Below are positions 1 through 62,496 of a stretch of 64,000 nucleotides of DNA, in pieces. The position numbers and the translations under genes are program-made. Source of the DNA: Lama guanicoe (Eukaryota); assembly GCA_013239625.1 (NCBI GenBank), contig MU053513.1, positions 918,927 to 982,926 on the forward strand. Direction: 5' to 3'. Numbering within the stretch: position 1 is the first letter of the stretch; each line of letters begins with the position of its first letter. Under the pieces are notes generated by a model. That model was given only the letters and a program-made list of their open reading frames with translations. It searched no databases and was not told where the DNA came from.

Positions 1-1068
1 GGGGTGGGGAGATGAATATATGTGTTTGAAGCCTGTTTCTAATCAATAACAGGACTTCAAAACCCAAGAGAAATAGAAATGAATTAAGAAGTAAAAATTA
101 AGAGAGTAATTGAAAATAGAACAGGTAAAAACAGATTAAAAAAAACAAAACAAAAACAAAAACAGAAAACAAAACAAAACAAAAACCAAAAAAAAAAAAG
201 GTGGGGGGGTTGTCGGTGTTCTCCTGGAGTGTGTGTGCTTTTAATGTGATGTCCTTCTGTCTTCGTCCTGTTTTGGAAGCTCAGCTTGTTTTCATAGGCC
301 CTCCGTTGGCGCCCTCTTCTGTGCTGCTCCCAGCACCTGTGGGCAAGCAGATCGCGCCTCCTCCTAACACGGGGTCACTGCCCCTCTGGATGCCGCAGTC
401 AGATGTTGCAGACTGGCCAGGCAGGAGGGCGGGTCGTGCCCCCTCCCAGCACCTCGGTCAGGGGTTGTGTTGCTGCCCGACAGGCGGGGGTCCGCTCTCC
501 CCCTGCCTGCGCCGCTGGTAGCTCCGCCGCTCTGCGCGGCTGCGCACTCTGCGCTGGCGCTCCGCCCTGGTCGCGCTCCGCGGGTGGGCTCGGGGAAGAC
601 CAAGGGGCAGCCTCATCCCTGCTCCGAGCCAAGACCCAGCTGCTAGTTTGTCTTTGTGGAGCAAGTTCTCTGGGGGACCAGAATGGAAGGATCCTATCTG
701 GCCTGGGCTGTAGGCCCGTCTCAGTCTGGCCCTTGAGGCTGCTAAGCCCTTCGGTGCGGACGCAGGTTTCGCCTCTGGCCCCGCCTGGGTGCTAAGCGCT
801 GGAGAATATAGCGGCTCTGCCTGGGCCCCGCCCCTCTTCCCCTGAAAAGTTTCCGNNNNNNNNNNNNNNNNNNNNNNNNNNNNNNNNNNNNNNNNNNNNN
901 NNNNNNNNNNNNNNNNNNNNNNNNNNNNNNNNNNTGCTGTTTTAGGCCCAGGTTGTTCTGTCCTGTACACCCACAGCCCCGGCGCCCAGCCCCTTGCAGT
1001 CCCCCGGAGCTGCCTCCGTGCAGCCGCCCCCGTCCTCCGCCCGGCTTGTGCAGCCTGGCCCTGTCCAT
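1..1068 (-). mobile_element. Probable LINE-1 5' UTR (CpG-rich promoter end), antisense to ADGRL4, continuing left of the window
   Basis: Very GC/CpG-rich block at about 200-1068 that ends abruptly against AT-rich intron. It adjoins an A-rich tract (T-rich on the - strand) like the tract preceding ORF1 in laurasiatherian L1s. Interrupted by an assembly gap. Confidence 0.6.
856..934. other. Assembly gap (79 N)
   Basis: Run of n characters. Confidence 1.
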
Positions 1069-1589
1069 ATTTAAAATGGATATATTCTATCTTTACTAAT
1101 GGAATCTCTGGACTTTTTATGATCTTACATTATAGATTCTTTACAAATATATTGATTATTTTACATGTGTAAGGATGAGCAATTTAAACTGGTTCCCAGA
1201 CTTTGGAAGCTCACTTCTACATAGAGAAGAGATAAAACTTTTGTCAGTTATAAAGGGCCTTACATTACATGTTAAAAGCCAAGTAGCTGTTAAGAATTTT
1301 AAGCAGAGTTTAACTGGATCAGATTTCTAGTGATGTAAATAATAATAATATTTTTAAATAATAAGATTAGCACCCCTCATATAAAGCTTATTACATGCAA
1401 GTCACCACACTAAGCATTATCTTGGCATCAACTTCTTTTAATCTTCTTAACATTTTTAGGTTGTCATATGTATTTTCCATTTTACAGTAATCTTCCTATC
1501 ACAGTGAACAGCACGTAATAAACACTCAATAAATAATAGCTATTATGAATTCTTTTTATAACACAGTATTTAAGAAAAATGAGATCACT

Positions 1590-1800
1590 TTGACATTCAG
1601 AATACCCAAGACTTGAATCGGACTTTGCCACTTATTAACTGTGTGCCTTTGGGCAAGGTTATCCAACTTGACAAATTTCAGTTTCCTTATTTGTAAAGTG
1701 GAAATAATGCCTGCCTCACAGGGTTTGCATGAGGACTGAAAATGCAGGTCAGATCATGCAGATGAAGTGCTTAGTGCCTGATTCATTGGGAGCCTTCAGT
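1590..1800 (+). mobile_element. MIR SINE relic
   Basis: MIR core-like sequence: actttgccacttattaactgtgtgcctttgggcaagg...cagtttccttatttgtaaagtggaaataatgcctgcctcacaggg. Confidence 0.75.
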
Positions 1801-2474
1801 GAACGGAGATCATCATATTGATCAGACAACCAAGTCAGTCAGGTGTCCCCCAGACACTACAAGGTGGGAAACTCCCCCGTCAGGTGGGAGGGGAAAAGAC
1901 ATCAATTACATTATCTCCTCCTCTGTCCACGACATCTTTTAACGGCTCCATAGTATGTAAAATTACACCTAAAAATGACCATATAAAAATGTGATGCGGT
2001 TACACCTCATCTTTCAATGACATCTTTCCTGACCTCTTTCCCAACTGACGTAAAATGAATGAGTCCACCATTCACCCTTGCCGTCTTCTTTCACGACACC
2101 CACACTTCACTGCTCTTCTTTGCTTACATCTCCATCCTCCCTTCAGGATGCTCAGGTTCAGGAAGGCAGAATCAGCGTCATGGTTTTTCTTGTAACCTAC
2201 ATCAGAGACACAATACTAAAATGCCAAAACAAATTTTAAAATGTATGAAATAAGTGATTGGCCAAGGAAAGAATTAAAGTTATTAATGCAATGAATGTGC
2301 CTAATTCAAATGATATTTATTGATTTAGGAAATTACAATAACTTGAAAAGTATAATGTTATCTTCCCTTTTGAGTTCCAGTCAATTTATGTAGGCTTACT
2401 ATTAATCAAAATGATTTTCTTATATTTGGTAAATTCTTCATATATACGGTTTTATTCTATAAGTAACATTATAC

Positions 2475-2890
2475 TGGTGGGAGAATAAGTATGGCAGAGA
2501 GCTCTGGCTGTTCAAAATCTCTTCTACTTCCTGGGCACCCAGCTACCCTACAGCCTCCAACCTCCCTTGTAGATAGGTGCGGATATTTGAATGAATGCTA
2601 GTAAATAGAATGTGGATACAAGCTATCCGTGTCATTTGTAGCCATAGCTCATAACTCTTGTGCCTTGTTTGACCCCAAATCTTTGCCTGGATGAATACGG
2701 ACAGTTTGGGAGCCCTATGGGGTGATGGAGCCATTAGATGAAGCAAGCCTGGGTCCCCGAGCCATCATGGAAGAGGTCAAACCATCGACCTAACCCTGGC
2801 CTCTGACTAGAGCAGTAAATAATCTTTTATTAAACTGAACCCATTACATACTTGGGTATATTTGTAGCAGTTTGCCTATCATAATTAATA
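2475..2890 (+). mobile_element. Old MaLR (MLT1-type) LTR fragment
   Basis: MLT1-like motifs gatggagccattagatgaagcaagcctgggtccccg and a 3' end ttgggtatatttgtagcag...taata. Confidence 0.5.
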
Positions 2891-3289
2891 TAATAAGTCA
2901 AAGTGATAAAACATAAATTTTAAAATAAAATTATGGAATAGAATACATAGATTGAATATCTTGAAAGGATAGGATTTTCAAATCAACCTGACCCATCCAC
3001 AGTAGTCATTTTTGAGAAAAAAGGGGAATTCACCTCCAGTTGTCTGTCATATGTTAACTTATTCCTGTAATGCTTGAAAATGGCTAAGTGGAAGTAAATT
3101 TTAAGTTAAAAATAGATAAAGTTTCTATTTTTCCTTCTGAAATCTCTACCTCAGTATCTTTCTTTCCTTCCCTCAAAATAAACCCATAACTTATTAGATA
3201 TCATTATGACCTTATATTTTTACTTTTTCAAATGATCCTCACAGAGGCAGCTGGATGTTGTCTGGCACCTGGTGAAGTCAAGAGATGTT

Positions 3290-3500
3290 AAGAGAATAGG
3301 CTTTGGGACCAGACTATCCGGCTCTGTAACTCAGTGCCTGTGTGATCTTGACAAGTTACTTCTCCTCTCTATAGTTGACTTTCCTCTCCAGTCACAGAGG
3401 ATAACAAGGGTACCTGCTTCCTAGAATTTATGTAAGGATTAAGTGAATTAATATTTATAAACCATTTGGGAAAAATCCCCAACTCTTAGTTATCACTGTA
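3290..3500 (+). mobile_element. MIR SINE relic
   Basis: MIR-like sequence: ggctttgggaccagac...tgtgtgatcttgacaagttacttctcctctct...taaggattaagtga. Confidence 0.7.
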
Positions 3501-3681
3501 TGTGTGCAATAACCTGTGTATAAATTTAATGGTACACAACTCATCCTTTAAAAATAGATTAACCTTGGCTTGAATGCAATGGAGAATAAAAATTCAAGAC
3601 ATTTTCCAAACCTGACTTGTTTTCACAACTACCCCCTATGATTTCTCCCCTGTGCTCCCCAATTAGTCTTCCCTCTACCTT

Positions 3682-4230
3682 TGTTCTCAAAAAGGGGAAA
3701 GGAAATGACCCCAGTTCTTGTCTTACCAAAATATAAGAATTCAGACCAGAGATGGAGTGCTGTGCAGCAAAAGATTTTAGAAGATTTATTAGCAAAGGGA
3801 AGGTACACCTCCAAGATGGGAGGCGGGCTGACCCCAGGGAGGAAAAGCCGTGGTCGTCGCTTGCCCTTTCTCTTACACCCTTGCACAGAGGTGGTCTTTT
3901 GCTTGATTGACGGCTCTTGCCCCTGGAATGCTTAGCCTTGTTTGGTGCCTTTTGTGCATGTCCTTCCCCATGACGCATGCAGAAAAACTCATGCGGAGCC
4001 TAAACCGCAGTGCTAATTATATTACAGTGAGCATTGGGCCATGTCTGGTGCGGTCCTTGTCCGCTCCTGGGCAGGTGCAGCTCTTGGATTCTAACCGGCT
4101 TCTTGCTGGCACTCATTTAGAGGAAGTAAAGCCCCTTTACGGTGGAGGCGGGCATAACACCGTCTTCTAGACCATCCTCCCTCTCCTCCAACTATCTGCC
4201 CAGTGCACCCACTTATCTAACTGCCTAACA
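3682..4230 (-). mobile_element. Solo ERV LTR, 549 bp, with 5-bp TSD ACCTT
   Basis: Termini TGTT...AACA. ACCTT at 3677-3681 and 4231-4235. AATAAA on the - strand (tttatt 3785-3790). Many CpGs retained. Confidence 0.85.
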
Positions 4231-4351
4231 ACCTTCAGAAATGTCTCCACAACCCCATGCTTGCATGTGTGCCAGTATTTTGCCTTCCTTTTAGCGACTT
4301 TCCTTCTCTATGTCTAGTCAATGGTGTCTGTCCTAGATTAGCCAGTTTGGG

Positions 4352-4800
4352 TCTGTTGGTTTCTTAAGGCTGTCCTAAAATACTAGCACTAACTCGGGGG
4401 CTCGAAACAACACAGATTTATTCTCTCACAGTTTTGGAGGCGAAAACTCTGAAATCCAGGTGTTGGAGGGCCCATTCTCCCTCTGAAGGATCTAGGGAAG
4501 AATCTTTGCCTCTGTCTTTCTGGCTTCTAGTGGGTGTTAGCTGTCCTTGGCTTTCCTTGACTCACAGCTGCATCACTTCAGTTTCTGCCTCTCTCTCCAC
4601 ATAGCCTTCTCCTCTGTGGCTCTATGTCTGAATTTCATATTATAAGGACATCCATCATGGGGCCCACCTAATTCTGTATGACCTCATCTCAACTGGGCTG
4701 TATCTGCAAAGGTTCTATTTTCCAATAAGTTCACATTCACAGACATTGAGTATTAGGACTTGAATGTACCTTTTTGGGAGACACAGTTCAGCCTACAACA
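4352..4800 (-). mobile_element. MLT1 (ERVL-MaLR) solo LTR
   Basis: Diagnostic MLT1 sequence aaacaacacagatttattctctcacagttttggagg...ggagacacagttcagcctacaaca. Confidence 0.85.
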
Positions 4801-5528
4801 GGATCTAATGTCTCCTCCAGCCTATCACGATCACTTCTGAGAAACACTTATTTTCCATTTCATTTATTTGACAGATAATATAAATCTGCTTTCTGATTTT
4901 TTTAAAAAAAGATTTTTGAACCTATATCTTTTCTAATAAATTATATCGTGAGTATAAGGGTAAGGACCATTGATCATGATCTAATTTTTTATATTTGAGT
5001 ACTTTTTCACAAAGCAATGCGATGCCTATGGTAATGAATAAATCCATTAAAGAATAAATAAAGGGATGCAGACCTAGTAACACAATATTCTTCTGGAGAA
5101 TAAGTGATTAAAATAAACGGGACGTGATTAGAGCACATCAATTTGTAATCTCTGATGTTTCATTTTTAACTTACGATATACTTTTGACTGATTATAAATA
5201 GTATTGTAGGTTCACAAATGAGTATATATTCATTGACATTATAATAATTAAATTATATGTGAAATTTGAAAAATAATATAGATGCAATAGCTATGTTTAG
5301 TGTCTTTGAATAGGAGATTCTGTTTTTCTTTGCAACAACAAAGATTTCACATTTAAATAAGAATAAAACAAGTAAGGAATGTGGATTCTTTAGCATTAAT
5401 TTTTCTTAGAACTAAGCATCACATTACATCAAATTATTTAACAGGCAAAGTTACCAAATATTGATGGAAAACATTAGGAATTCATCTCAATTATATAAAA
5501 ATAATGTTGTAAATTGGTGTGTCCACAG

Positions 5529-56148
<50,620 letters not shown>

Positions 56149-57475
56149 ACAAAGAGAACTATGGATAAAAGTCAAGCTATGGACGGCCGATGTGTAAAAA
56201 TGACCCAATTATTAATTACTAGATAATCAAATATTTTAAATCAGTTTTTCTGTTTACTGTATAGAAACTGTAGATAATAAGAGATAAAATTATGTACCAT
56301 ATAAGTATAGTAAGCTTACCTACATGACTTAGTTATGTCAAAAGTAGTATTGCAGATATTTGGAAAGTAATTGGTTTCTCAGAGTGATATCACTACGCCC
56401 AAGGAAAGATTTTCTTTCTAACACAAAAAATATATACATGTCCTGAAGGAAACCCCTGGCTTGATATTTTTGTGACTCATGTTGCCTTTGAAACCAGTCC
56501 CCTATCATCTTGGTAATGAGCTCTGTTACAGAAAGTGGAGCGTAAGAGAACGAAGGAGTGGAATATAAAACAGTAAAAAAGGAAGAGCTGTTACAACAAT
56601 GAGATGTATTTTGAGCACACTTGTTTTGTAAACTAGATGAGAAATTAAAGGGATAAAATCAAGTACTGAACAAACACATCTTACCATCTTGTGAAATGTT
56701 CTGAACTTAAATTTCTACTGAAATGACTCCAACCTGTATTTATGTCCATTCTCTATTCGAATAGTCTAAAAAGGACACAAAACTTTACAAAAGGAAAAAC
56801 TAAACATTTCTGTTCTGTTTTTAGGTTCACGTTAGAGTGAGGTATATGCTGTTTCTATACTTATTTCACAGATGGTGACTTCAAATGCTTATTCAGTAGT
56901 ACAGAAATGTGTCAAAATATAATATTGTTCATGCCTGTAAATGTAAAAATAGTGTATATAAACTGAAGCACTGTGTGCTATAACCTTTCAGTGTAGTGAA
57001 AAATACTGTATCTCATTAGACTAGGAAATTTGAGTTCTTTTTTTTTAATTTTAGAAATGTTGAGATCACATGGCAATACTCCCTTTTAACTTACTATTTG
57101 TAAAAGGGCATTGTAAATATGAAAGTATTCATAAAGTGAATTGCTATTTTTTTTTGTTCAGAAAAAAAACACATTTTAAAATGTTATTTATAGCAAAGAA
57201 ATCACTAAGAACTGTGGAAACTTTCACGGTGGCTCTTTCCTGACACTTTCCCACTATTAATGTATATCTGCTAAAATGTAAGGCTTCTGTCTTCAAATCT
57301 TCTCAAACGCAGAAGCAGTAATTTTATTTCAAAAATATGTAATTGTTCTGCACTAACCTGTAAAAGTATGCCAATATACGAAATGTTGTGATTTTAACTT
57401 CATTTCTCCAGCCGTTAAAATGAAGTCTGTCAAATCTTGCTCTAACAAATAAAACATGATCTAAATGAACCTTTC
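56149..57475 (+). other. ADGRL4: ADGRL4 3' UTR (end approximate)
   Basis: AT-rich sequence with no recognisable repeats between the stop codon and the AATAAA at 57448-57453. The cleavage site is inferred to be about 20 nt downstream of that signal. Confidence 0.6.
57448..57453 (+). terminator. Candidate ADGRL4 polyadenylation signal AATAAA
   Basis: AATAAA about 1.3 kb after the stop, with several upstream UGUA elements and a T/GT-rich tract downstream. A weaker ATTAAA lies at 56644-56649. Confidence 0.6.
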
Positions 57476-57692
57476 TGCTGCTAGGCTGAGTCATTTTCTC
57501 AAGATGAGCTACCTGCCAATGTCTTAAACATTTTTAGAGGATTTGTGATAATAACTTTTGATTAGATCTTCTGATCTCTTATAAGGGAAACCTATGACCT
57601 ATTATTAGCATTGTCGTCATAGGACAGTGTTATAGGTCTACTGGAACTGATATTGGAAAAGTAACCTGGTAAGTCAATGTGTACAAATCATG

Positions 57693-58235
57693 TGTGATGA
57701 GCAGAACAGCGCCCCCTCGCCAGAATGCCCACACCCTAATCCTCGGAACATATGACTATGTTAGGTTGCATGGAGAGGAGAATTAACCAGCTAACAGCTA
57801 CTCAGCTAACCTTGACAGGAGGAAATCATCCTGGATAATCCAGAGGGGGCCAATGCAATCAGAAGATTTCTTATAAATGAAAGATGGCGGCGGCAGAAGA
57901 GGGAGCCTGTCAAAGTGATGCGCCATGAGGTATCCTCAACCACGCCTTGCTGGCGTTGAAGCTGGAAACAGCCCACAAGCCAAGGTGTGCAGGCAGCTTC
58001 TAGAAGCTGAAAAAAGCAAGGAACTGGATTCTCCCCCAGAGCTTCTAGAAGGGAGTCTGCCCTGCTTGCCGTACCTTTGTTTTAGCCCAGGGAGACCCAA
58101 TTCCGACTCCTCATCTTTGGAATTGTAAAATAATAAGTGTATATTATATTAAGACACCAAGTTTGTTGATAATTTATCACAAATTTATTGATAATTGTTT
58201 GATAATTTGTCACAGCAACTATAGGGAACTAATAC
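57693..58235 (+). mobile_element. MLT1D-like MaLR solo LTR just downstream of ADGRL4
   Basis: tgtgatgagcagaacagcgcccc...gcagcttctagaagctgaaaaaagcaaggaactggattctcccccagagc...tttgtcacagcaactatagggaactaatac. Confidence 0.85.
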
Positions 58236-61200
58236 TGCGGAAATATGCGGTGTTAACATCTTCAGAGACAAACAAGTACTCGTAACATTAGGGCAAACAC
58301 TAGCTCATGCACTTTGTTTTCACCAACCCTCCCCTAGATGTCACTGGATGAGATTGCAGGCCTTCTCGTATCTGCTTACGTCCCCCATTTTCACTTTTGC
58401 CCTAAGAGCTTCTTCAGTTATTCTAAACCATTTCTCTTTCCCAGAACTCGCTGTGGTTTTACCGAATCCCCTATTTCTGTAATTTTCTCCTTGTGATCAT
58501 CGTTACTCTGGCAAACACCCGCTTTTCCCTGAGGTATTTTTCTCTGTGAAGCCTTTCTTGGTTCACACAAGGAATTAGTCACTCCCACCACTGTGTCATC
58601 CCCCGCTCAGTACTTACCTGTTTAACATTCATCATGTTGTATTGCAACTATTTAGCCCAAGCTTGAGATATTTATTGTACCAAGATTTGCTCTTCCTTAA
58701 AGGCAAGTACCTTCTCTTTTCTGCTTCCTGAATCAATGTTACTGCCTTCTGTTTTGTGACCACACAGTTGATGTGATAAGAGAGTCTGGACCCTCTGAAC
58801 AGTCTTGGCTTTTGCTCTTCTGCTCTAGGTGTTCCACACTGGAGGCCCCTTGGGTGAGCCAGCTTCCCAGGTAAAGCCCTCCATGCTTCTCTCAACCTGC
58901 CATGCAGTTAGGCGGAAGAGACAGCCAAAAATGTCAAATTGGTGGCGTGGAGCAGGCAGAGGAATTAGGCTACTAGTGTACGCCTTGAGCTCATAATATA
59001 GCTTCAACTCAAGTTTTCCAATGAAAATCTTCTTTGGGGATTTGTAAGGCGCTTGCCAAACTACTGATAAAGTAATGCTTCATTTTCCATCGGGCTGGTA
59101 CTCCTCACATGTCACTTCCTCATTTGATTGTGATTGGAGTAAATACCAGGATTTGAGATGCAATCTCCTCAACTCCTAAAATGTATCACAAATTCATTAC
59201 TAAATATTACTTTACAAACTCTTCTTTCTAAACAGATAAGGATGGGAGAAGGGTTCCAGAATTTCAAGAGATTTAATCAAAGAACTCACTACTTAAAGGA
59301 TGGCCTTGAACAATGCGATGAAAGGACATCAACATCCAAGATAAATACCCTGACTGTGTAAAAACATTGCTATTAACTAGAGACATTATGATCCTCTATT
59401 AAAAAATATCTTTTGGTTGATTGATTACACTGTGGTTAGGAAAAGTATTTATACACAATGTAACACAATATAGAAAATATATAAGAAAATCTATTAACAA
59501 ATACTCCACAATCTGCATGCTAGATAAACCAACAAACTATACATTCTTATTTGATGATGGTGTCATTTCTTCAGTCTTATTAAATTCAATGTCCCCCCAA
59601 AATTAAACAATGACCCTGTATTTCTTAATTTTCCATATTTTCAAAGTTATTGTACCCATCTTCAATGAGTTAGAAAATATGACTCTTTTCTATGTGTCAA
59701 GATTATTCTCTAAACTTTCCAACATGAAATCTTTGAGGAAAGCATGAATTATTGATTAAGTTTGGATCTAGAAAAAGTATCTGTTGTTCAGATTTTTCTT
59801 CTACTGAGAATGTCTTCTTCCATACAAGTTCTACCCATCATTCAAAATCCCTGGTATGAAGCCTCTCAGATCAATTTGGTTCTTACTAATTCCCCCAGCC
59901 ACTACAACTATAGCACTTATAAAGTGCATGAAATAACATAACACTTAACAGGGGTTGTTAATTTATCACGCAGTGTTCAAACTTTAAGATTTTAGACTAT
60001 GGAGGTGAGAGAAATAACCTGGAGATGGCATTTAAAGGAAAAAAAAAAAAGATCTCTTCCTGAGAGTTAATACCGATTTCAATTGTTAAATTGCAAGATC
60101 TCTTTTAATTCTTACAGTAACATATGCAGTTTTATCCTCATGTTTCAATGTGAAAAGTGCTCAATGTCACACAGCTAGGAAATTGCAAAGTTAGTGTTTA
60201 AACTGAAAGCCATAGCTCCTTCTGCTCCTCCGTGGAAACTCTGAGGGATATGCTCAGACTCCCTCAGATAGGAAGTGAAAATCCTGTTTACAGTTATGCT
60301 CTTTGGGGGATGGAAGATGGGTGACGTGCTTTATTAACATGTCTCTTCTACATGCATATGCAACTTGAAATGTGTATTTCATATGCTCTAAGGTGAAGTG
60401 TTTTTCTCCTTTCCCCTTTGCTTGGCTGCCCTTTCCCCCCACATCTATTTCCATCCCCCATCCCCACTTACACCCTCAACCAGGCAGTTTACCTTAACTA
60501 CCTGGGATATAGCCTTCCATATTTTTCTTCCTGTTCATTTCATCAGATCCAAATGATTTATACGTGGGATCACATTTTAAAAACATCTCTGTTACCTGCT
60601 TTTCTCACGTGGAAAGCTAATGGATTATTTCATTCACTCTTTTTAAGAAACTGAGTAATATCTCATATTGAACCTGGACCATAATTTGCACAGCTGGTAT
60701 GCAATCTGGACTAATGAAGTAATATATTGGAAGACGTCAATATCTTTCAGGAATAATGCTCTCCATGCCATGTGGCTTAGTTTTATCGTTTAAAATACCA
60801 AATGCCAACAGTTTTTTTTTTTTCCATGATGGATGTGGACCTATGTTGATAAGCCAAAGCACTATCGCCTTTTCATTGATACAGAAGTAGCTTGGTATTG
60901 CTTGTAACTGTTCAGTGAAAACCATACCCTGAATTTGAAATCCACAAAGCTCCTTGAGCATTTTCATTTAAGTGAAAAGGATTTGAATTACTTACCCCAG
61001 ATTGAAGGCTTGAGCAAGCATTGAGATCAGTAGGTGATCTGAAAGTACAGAGCAGTTTCTTGGTGTTTAATTCAGATGTTATACGTCATAGGTTTGTATG
61101 GTAGTTATGATTAATACAAAATGAGAGGGTTAGTTTAGCTGCAATGGATCTCTTCCGGTGCCAATGGACCCATGATTCTAGTCTCAGCCCCCCCACTTTG

Positions 61201-61939
61201 AGGCATTGTAAATAATAAACTCTATAAAGTATATTACAATTTTATGCACTCAAAAATATGGGAAAAAATAATAGGTTTCTTGCAAAATTGTCCTTAAGAA
61301 ATGTGGTTTTGTTTCCTATTGGGCTGCAATTTGCCATCTATCAGCATCCAAGGGCCAGGCTGTTCAACCTGAAAATGATTATTTTCTTTCTTTTCCATAA
61401 TGTATCGGAAGTGGATCTCAAAGAACCTCCAGGATGCAGAGGGGGTTAATTATCCTGGCAGTCAGTTAAGCTCTGCAAGTTTTAGGTGATAAGAACAGAA
61501 TCCTGTAAAAGACTCCCTGGGACTGCTGCCTGCTGTGAAGAAAGAGCCTTGAGCTGCCACCACTGCAAATATTGTTCAAATTACCTGAAAATTCCCCTGG
61601 TTTTCTGCTCGCCGGGCTCCTGGAGAGCGGCCCCCTGTCCAGTGAGGTCATTTATGCTGTCACTTCAGCCCACTCGGCAATCATGACAACTACATCTTTC
61701 ACTCAGTCGGATGCAGAAGGCTTTTCTGCAGAACTTTTGTGCCCCAAGTGAGGAAGATAATTATTCAAAACAACATGGCTTCTTGTTTCTCGAGTGCCAC
61801 TCACTCCTCTGCAGAACCACCTAAATGCTCCCTAATCTGATCCTCCCACTCAGATCTATGGCTCAGAGTCTCCTAAAGGAATGTGTAAATAAACAGCCAC
61901 CTCTCACGTCTTTCACAGGCACTGCGGTGTTGGATCACT

Positions 61940-62160
61940 CTGCAGTCCAATTGCCTGGGCTAGAAATCCATTTCTACCCCTAGTGAGATATGAGATCTCA
62001 GGCCAGTTACAGCCCCATGCCTCAGTTCCACAGTTTCTCAACTAGGAAATGGAGATAACAACAGTACCTACTTCATAATTAAACAAAAGAATATACGGAA
62101 GATAATTACCACAGTGCTTAGCAAATAGCCAGTGATATTGAAGTACGAACTATTATTATC
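61940..62160 (+). mobile_element. MIR SINE relic
   Basis: tgcctgggctagaaatcc...ctcaggccagttac...gcctcagtt...aaatggagataacaacagtacctacttcata...acagtgcttagca. Confidence 0.7.
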
Positions 62161-62275
62161 ACAGCCTGGGTGAGCAGCCATTCACCGTGTGCACCTGCTA
62201 GGTGCCAGTGACTGTTACAGGCATGTGGTGGAATTCACTAGTAAAAACCAAATTAATAAAAAAAAAGACATAAAT

Positions 62276-62496
62276 TTCTTTTTTTAATTTTATTTTTATT
62301 GAAGTATAATTGATTTACAACGTAAGTTTCAGGTGTACAGCAATGTGATTCAGTTATACATATATATACACATATATATTTCAGATTCTTTTCCATTATA
62401 GCTCATTACAAGAAACTGAATATAGTTCCCTGTGCTGTACAGTAGGTCTTTGTTGTTTATGTGTTCTATATGTAATAGTGTGTGTCTGCACATCAA
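62276..62496 (-). mobile_element. L1 3' end fragment, antisense
   Basis: Poly-T, then attgaagtataattgatttacaa...ttcaggtgtacagcaatgtgattcagttatacata...tagttccctgtgctgtacagtaggtc. Confidence 0.9.

Noticed and set aside
201..1068. Cluster of overlapping ORFs on both strands, and the idea that this CpG island is the ADGRL4 promoter
   Set aside because: GC-rich DNA lacks stops by composition, and two of the ORFs run through the N gap. No signal-peptide or EGF1 exon is present between here and 5529. A retroelement 5' UTR explains the block better.
3559..4170. ORFs of 84-139 aa on both strands
   Set aside because: They lie largely within a solo LTR bounded by a TSD and show no recognisable protein similarity.
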